NCBI GenBank assembly: GCA_039024555.1
Contig: JBCCQQ010000016.1
Coordinates: 1 to 64,000, forward strand
Length of the DNA: 64,000 nucleotides
Source of the DNA: Cyanobacteria bacterium P01_D01_bin.156
Lineage (GTDB): Bacteria; Cyanobacteriota; Cyanobacteriia; Phormidesmidales; Phormidesmidaceae
Reading direction: 5' to 3'
Below are positions 59,032-64,000 of the stretch, one piece after another. Position numbers and translations under genes: made by a program. Within the stretch, counting starts at the first letter, position 1; every line of letters starts with the position of its first letter. Under the pieces are notes generated by a model. It did not search any database. It was given only the letters and a program-made list of their open reading frames with translations, and was not told where the DNA came from.

Positions 59032-59736
59032 ATGCCCCAATTAGATTTTGCTATCTGGAATAGGCTACTGCAACAGTATGTAGATAACAGAGGTCGAGTG
59101 GCCTATGATCGCTGGCAGCAAGAATCTCTTAGCGAACTGGAACAGTGGTTAAGCGATCTGGCCAGTGTAGATCTGCAGAGGTTAGAACGCCCGATTGCGA
59201 TCGCAACCCTTCTAAATCTCTATAATGCATTGACCATTCGCCAGGTACTTTACCAGTACCCGATTACATCCATTCGACCTAGGTTTTTAGGGATTCCCAA
59301 CTGGCTAGCCTTTCTGCAGTTCTTTACTACATCGGTCTACCGTCTAGACGGGCAATCCGTAAGCTTAAACAATCTTGAGCACGGCATTCTACGTCAGCGG
59401 TTCCTGGACCCACGGATTCACTTTGCGTTAGTCTGTGCGTCCGTGGGCTGCCCTTTATTAAGAGCAGAAGCCTACACACCAGAAATGTTATCCAACCAGT
59501 TGGAGGAGGACTGCGATCGCTTTATTAACAACCCAGACAAAGTCCGCTACGATGCTGTCAGCAACACGCTATTCTGCAGCAAACTATTCAAATGGTATAA
59601 GGCAGACTTTTTAACGGTGGCTGACTCAATTGCAGCGTATTGCGATCGCTACTATACCGCTGCCCAGATACCGGCCTCCGTAAACGTGGTTCACTCACCC
59701 TACAGCTGGGAATTAAATCAACGTATATCTTCATAA
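59032..59736 (+). CDS. DUF547 domain protein
   Basis: LLQQYVD..GRVAY, NLYNALT, SLNNLEHGILR, DPRIHFALVCASVGCP, SKLFKWY..DF. Confidence 0.9.
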   Translation: MPQLDFAIWNRLLQQYVDNRGRVAYDRWQQESLSELEQWLSDLASVDLQRLERPIAIATLLNLYNALTIRQVLYQYPITSIRPRFLGIPNWLAFLQFFTTSVYRLDGQSVSLNNLEHGILRQRFLDPRIHFALVCASVGCPLLRAEAYTPEMLSNQLEEDCDRFINNPDKVRYDAVSNTLFCSKLFKWYKADFLTVADSIAAYCDRYYTAAQIPASVNVVHSPYSWELNQRISS

Positions 59737-60458
59737 AATTGCTTGAGCCACTGTCCAGACACCCCCATGCCCCACAGAGAACCAACAGCTAGATAAATAA
59801 AATTTGCCTTTAGCGCCCCCCACCTAACCACCCGACGGTCCGAAGACTGCACCAGGCGATTGACCTGATAAATGCGGCCCAGCCGAGAGAGTCTCAGGCA
59901 TAGATCCGCATCTTCCATAATTGGTAAAGTTTCATCAAAACCGCCACAGGCCCAAAAGTCTGTTTGTCGACAAAACATTACCTGGTCGCCAAATAAAATC
60001 CGTAATCCGTCTCGGACGTAACGATGGGGGCGAAACAACAGGGCTGCATAGTGGGTTTTTATAGCATTGTGCAAAGAGATACCCCAGCGAGTTATGTGTT
60101 GGCCCGCCATAATTGAAATAAAGCCACCACAGACAATATCAGGTTTTTCTAGAGTTGTTGCTATGAGTGCTGTTACATCATCGGGTACTCGAGTGTCCCC
60201 ATGGAGAAAACATAAAATATTGCCGGTTGCCTGCTTGGCTCCTAAGTTCATTTGTACAGAACGTCCCGGTCGATCAGCAAAAATCACCTTAGTCCCATGG
60301 TCCTTGGCAATGGCCGCAGTATCATCACTGCTACCACCATCCACCACAATAATTTCATGGGCAGGTGGATCTAGAATGGCTAAATGGCGCAGAGTGCGAT
60401 CCAAGCAGCTGGATTCGTTCAAGACTGGAATAATAATAGAAACTTGAGCAACTGTCAC
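59718..60458 (-). CDS. GT2 glycosyltransferase (TIGR04283-like)
   Basis: SIIIPVLNE, EIIVVDGGSSD, QMNLGA, FLHGD, FGDQ, GGF..PIMED, SSDRR. Confidence 0.88.
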   Translation of the reverse strand: MTVAQVSIIIPVLNESSCLDRTLRHLAILDPPAHEIIVVDGGSSDDTAAIAKDHGTKVIFADRPGRSVQMNLGAKQATGNILCFLHGDTRVPDDVTALIATTLEKPDIVCGGFISIMAGQHITRWGISLHNAIKTHYAALLFRPHRYVRDGLRILFGDQVMFCRQTDFWACGGFDETLPIMEDADLCLRLSRLGRIYQVNRLVQSSDRRVVRWGALKANFIYLAVGSLWGMGVSGQWLKQFYEDIR

Positions 60459-60466
60459 AAATATCT

Positions 60467-61210
60467 ATGGAGCGCAACAACCTTGCATTTTACGATCAAC
60501 AGGCTGACCAGTGGTGGAACGAATCGGCGACCATTTTTCCCCTGAGCAAGCTGAATCCGCTTCGATTTGCATATTTTGATCGGCTGATTCCCCAATGGAA
60601 TGGTCTCAAAGTGTTGGATGTGGGCTGTGGTGGCGGCTATACTTGTGAGTTTTTGGCCCAGCGAAAAGCAATTGTAACCGGAATTGATCAATCAGCAGCC
60701 TGCATTAAGGCCGCGCATCGTCACAGGACTGAAAAAGGACTAAACATTGACTATCAAGTAGGTGTGGCCGAACACCTACCATTTGATAATGACTACTTTG
60801 ATGTCGTCACCTGTGTAGATGTGTTGGAACATGTCAAAAGCCCCAGAGCGACCATAGCTGAAATTGGGCGGGTACTAAAGCCAGGGGGCCAATTTTGTTT
60901 TGATACGATTAATCGTACCTGGCAGTCGCGGTGGCTAATGATTTGGCTACTAGAGGATATACTCCGACAGATTCCCAGAGGGGTTCATGATTGGGCAAAG
61001 TTTGTTAAGCCAGAGGAGCTGGAGCAACTGCTACTAGAAACAGGGTTTGTTGAGGTGTCCTTGGCAGGCTTTGATTTATTTGGCCATAATCTCATAGCTC
61101 AGGTAGCTAACCTGATGCACTTTTTAAAAACCGGCGGGTTTAATGTGCAGTTTGATGGGGATACCCGAGTAATGTACATCGGTACAGCACAGTTGGAAAA
61201 AACAGCGTAG
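60467..61210 (+). CDS. ubiG: UbiG-like SAM-dependent O-methyltransferase
   Basis: WW..LNPLR, VLDVGCGGG, DVLEHV, LKPGG, TINRT, HDW.KFVKP.EL. Confidence 0.75.
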   Translation: MERNNLAFYDQQADQWWNESATIFPLSKLNPLRFAYFDRLIPQWNGLKVLDVGCGGGYTCEFLAQRKAIVTGIDQSAACIKAAHRHRTEKGLNIDYQVGVAEHLPFDNDYFDVVTCVDVLEHVKSPRATIAEIGRVLKPGGQFCFDTINRTWQSRWLMIWLLEDILRQIPRGVHDWAKFVKPEELEQLLLETGFVEVSLAGFDLFGHNLIAQVANLMHFLKTGGFNVQFDGDTRVMYIGTAQLEKTA

Positions 61211-61247
61211 AATTCTTTTGCTAAATTTGAAGATGTCTCTTGTAAAA

Positions 61248-61286
61248 AGCTCGTCTAGCCCTAAAATCCTTGGGGCTAGACGAGCT
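61248..61286. terminator. Hairpin between convergent genes
   Basis: 14-bp stem AGCTCGTCTAGCCC / GGGCTAGACGAGCT, A-run on the left side. Confidence 0.7.
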
Positions 61287-61324
61287 ACGGTGTTACCAGT
61301 TGATACGCTTACTAAAGGTAGAGC

Positions 61325-63004
61325 CTAGGCAACCAGAGCGGGCTTCTCTTCACTACTATCTTCAGGAATCCTTAGGTCCTGTACCATTTTCTGAATCTCT
61401 GGCGGGGGCGGGGGTGTTAAACGAGAAACAACTAGCGTCACCACTAAGTTGAGCACCATACCAAAGGTCCCAATCCCCTCAGCTGAGATATCAAAGAACC
61501 AAGTGGGCATGTTCAAAAACTTCACCCCAATAATGTAGGCTGCCGTAAAAATTAGTCCAACAAGCATGCCCGAAATAGCACCCTCACGGTTGGTCCGCTC
61601 ATCAAAGATCCCCAATACAATCACCGGAAAGAAGCTAGATGCTGCTAGCCCAAACGCAAAGGCCACCACCTGCCCCACAAATCCCGGTGGGTTCGTCCCA
61701 AAATAGCTGGCAACAACCAGGGCAAAAGCCACCATAATCCGACCAACAAATACCCGCTGCCGTTCTGACGCATCCGGGTTGAACATTCGATAGTACACAT
61801 CGTGGGCAATGGAGCTGGAAATGACTAGCAACAGACCTGATGCGGTTGAAAGTGCGGCAGCTAAACCACCTGCAGCCACTAACGCTACTACCCAAGGAGC
61901 CAGCTGCGCAACCTCTGGGGTAGAGAGCACAACAATGTCACGATCAATCGTAATTTCATTGCTGGCTTCATCGGGAGTCAGCTGCAAGAGACCGTCTCGA
62001 TTTTTATCTTCAAAGGCCAACAGTCCCGTATTTTCCCACTTTTGTACCCAGTCCAACTGCTGCACTTCTTCAACACTGGCACCATTCAGCGTGGTCACCA
62101 AGTTATAGCGAGAAAACATCGATAGGGCCGGAGCTGTTGTATATAGCAGTGCAATAAACAACAATGCCCAACTTACAGAGAATCTGGCTGAACGAACATC
62201 TTTTACCGTGTAAAAGCGGACAATAATATGGGGCAGTCCCGCAGTGCCTAACATAAGGGCACTGGTAATTGCCAAAACATCCAACATCGATTTGTTAGCA
62301 AAGGCTTGGGTGTATTCTGCAAACCCCAAATCGAGCTGAATTTGATTGAGCTTAGTACTAATATCGCTAAAGGTCATTGCAAATTGAGGGATGGGATTTC
62401 CCGTAAGCAATGTTGCCAGACCAACAGCCGGAATTATATAAGCGATAATAAGTACATAATATTGGGCGACTTGAGTCCAGGTGATGCCTTTCATTCCACC
62501 CAGGACTGCAAAAAAGCCCACAATAATCATGCCAATCAGCACGCCCGTGTTGACATCAACCTGTAAAAATCGACTAAACACAATACCGACCCCTCTCATT
62601 TGGCCAACAATATAGACCAGTGAGATAAATAGAGCCGCAATGACGGCAACCAGCCGTGCCCAGTTGGAATAGTAACGATCACCAATAAAATCAGGCACCG
62701 TGTATTTGCCAAATTTTCGCAGATACGGAACTATTAACAACGCTAGAAGAACATAGCCTCCGGTCCAACCGATGAGATAAATTGAACCGTCGTAACCGAG
62801 AAATGAGACCAAACCAGCCATGGAAATAAATGAAGCAGCAGACATCCAGTCTGCTGCTGTCGCTGCTCCATTTGCTGTCGCCGGCACGCCCTGATCGGCG
62901 ACAAAAAATCCTTTACTATCGGTAACGCGCGAACTCCAACCGATGTATAAATACATCAAAATGGAACCGCCTACAAACAGTCCTGTCCAAACCTCAACTG
63001 ACAT
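61325..63004 (-). CDS. Sodium:solute symporter, ActP-like
   Basis: NG.ATAADWMSAASFIS, GKYTVPDF, GGMKGITWTQ, GTAGLPHI..RFYTV, AALSTASGLLL. Confidence 0.92.
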   Translation of the reverse strand: MSVEVWTGLFVGGSILMYLYIGWSSRVTDSKGFFVADQGVPATANGAATAADWMSAASFISMAGLVSFLGYDGSIYLIGWTGGYVLLALLIVPYLRKFGKYTVPDFIGDRYYSNWARLVAVIAALFISLVYIVGQMRGVGIVFSRFLQVDVNTGVLIGMIIVGFFAVLGGMKGITWTQVAQYYVLIIAYIIPAVGLATLLTGNPIPQFAMTFSDISTKLNQIQLDLGFAEYTQAFANKSMLDVLAITSALMLGTAGLPHIIVRFYTVKDVRSARFSVSWALLFIALLYTTAPALSMFSRYNLVTTLNGASVEEVQQLDWVQKWENTGLLAFEDKNRDGLLQLTPDEASNEITIDRDIVVLSTPEVAQLAPWVVALVAAGGLAAALSTASGLLLVISSSIAHDVYYRMFNPDASERQRVFVGRIMVAFALVVASYFGTNPPGFVGQVVAFAFGLAASSFFPVIVLGIFDERTNREGAISGMLVGLIFTAAYIIGVKFLNMPTWFFDISAEGIGTFGMVLNLVVTLVVSRLTPPPPPEIQKMVQDLRIPEDSSEEKPALVA

Positions 63005-63005
63005 A

Positions 63006-63311
63006 TTATTTACCCTCTAAATCATAGCCAGAAAAGGCCGTATACTTTGAATCACTGGGGCGAGAATGATATCGTTTGTCAAGCTCGTCTGTTTCAAATG
63101 CATAAAAGAATGTCAGCCCAACAAACGATAGAATTGAGCCTTGCTGAGCTACCCAAAACCCTAGCGGTAGACCAAAAAACTGAATCTGATTGAGCAGGTC
63201 TACAATTAAAATACTACAACCCAAGGCCACTGTCCCCCAGGCTGTCAATAACAGTTGAATGGTAGCGACGTTGGTATCCCAATAACTTTGCTGTCGAGAA
63301 AAATCTCTCAT
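63006..63311 (-). CDS. Small membrane partner of the symporter (DUF4212-like)
   Basis: YW..N, GLPLGFWVAQQGSI, LD..Y; directly upstream of the symporter. Confidence 0.85.
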   Translation of the reverse strand: MRDFSRQQSYWDTNVATIQLLLTAWGTVALGCSILIVDLLNQIQFFGLPLGFWVAQQGSILSFVGLTFFYAFETDELDKRYHSRPSDSKYTAFSGYDLEGK

Positions 63312-63672
63312 AACGTTTAGATATATAGATCGACTAAAGAACAGATAGCCCTGATAATTTAATGCTTGTTTAGATTATGCTGCATTTAAATGAGACGTTA
63401 TAGCCAAAAGGCATGAACTGCCTAATCTTCATTCGATTTTTAACATTTTTACTCTGAATAGGTCAGCAACCGAGAGAAAACTCTATGGTTTAGCTAACCC
63501 ATTAGCTCTGCAATAAATATTCCTTACAACAACCTACACTTTCAATGGTGTTCCCCAGGAAAAAATCAATTTCCAGTAAAATTGATATAAAGAGAGCTCA
63601 TGCCTAACAAGGATAGTTCAATCTCCAGCTGTACAGGGCGTTAGATAGCATAGCTATAGGTGCCTCGCTATT

Positions 63673-64000
63673 CTAAAGAGTCTCATTAACCATGAGTTCA
63701 TCGCTATGGAAAAAGGTCGGTATGTCTAAAATATGCATCATCTGTTCCCCATAGGGAACCATTCCTTGAATGAAGCGATGGTTCATCATAGGGGGCACAG
63801 CTGTTTCCATGGCACTCGGTTTTAACTCAAATAGGGCATCTCGAATTTCCTCGATTACTACGGCTGCTAAGGCATTTTCCAGCTCAACTACAACAGCCAT
63901 CGGATTCTTAGATAGTGTTTTAGCTGAGAAGCCTAAGGGCTCGGTAATATCAACAACGGTGACCACTTCACCCCGCAAATTGGTATTGCCGACAATATAT
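63673..64000 (-). CDS. cheW: CheW-like chemotaxis adaptor (5' end outside window)
   Basis: IVGNTNLRGEVVTVVDI..LG, VVVE, ILDIP. Confidence 0.8.
   Translation of the reverse strand, partial: YIVGNTNLRGEVVTVVDITEPLGFSAKTLSKNPMAVVVELENALAAVVIEEIRDALFELKPSAMETAVPPMMNHRFIQGMVPYGEQMMHILDIPTFFHSDELMVNETL

Overview
Cyanobacterial chromosome segment, judged by frequent HIP1 GCGATCGC octamers, isiA and the heptamer STRR repeats typical of filamentous taxa. The centre (about 11.7-55.3 kb) is a contractile injection system (CIS/eCIS) locus split into three parts. A minus-strand baseplate arm carries gp25, baseplate J, a tail/baseplate protein, a DUF4159-like protein and two single-pass membrane proteins. 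A minus-strand block carries DUF4255 and an AAA ATPase. A plus-strand arm carries the sheath, four gp19-like tubes, a chaperone, a 2353-aa QR-repeat protein, an Afp7-like protein, VgrG and DUF4280. A complete WYL + type I-E CRISPR-Cas operon with a 44-repeat array sits inside this locus. The array is atypical: spacers are 32-36 nt, only 19 bp separate the cas2 stop from the first repeat, and a single repeat of a different (type I-B-like) family lies at its distal end. A family of 50-92 bp miniature inverted-repeat elements, some with 8-bp target-site duplications, is scattered through the CIS intergenic regions. The left end has a broken iron-uptake locus interrupted by attC-like cassettes (LysE, a two-repeat ricin-type lectin, NACHT), then an S9 peptidase, cidA/lrgB and isiA. 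The right end has a racemase / peptidoglycan-binding SBP / DAACS symporter module, DUF547, a glycosyltransferase, a UbiG-like methyltransferase, an ActP-like symporter and a partial cheW. All calls come from reading the sequence and from recalled family motifs; no searches were run.
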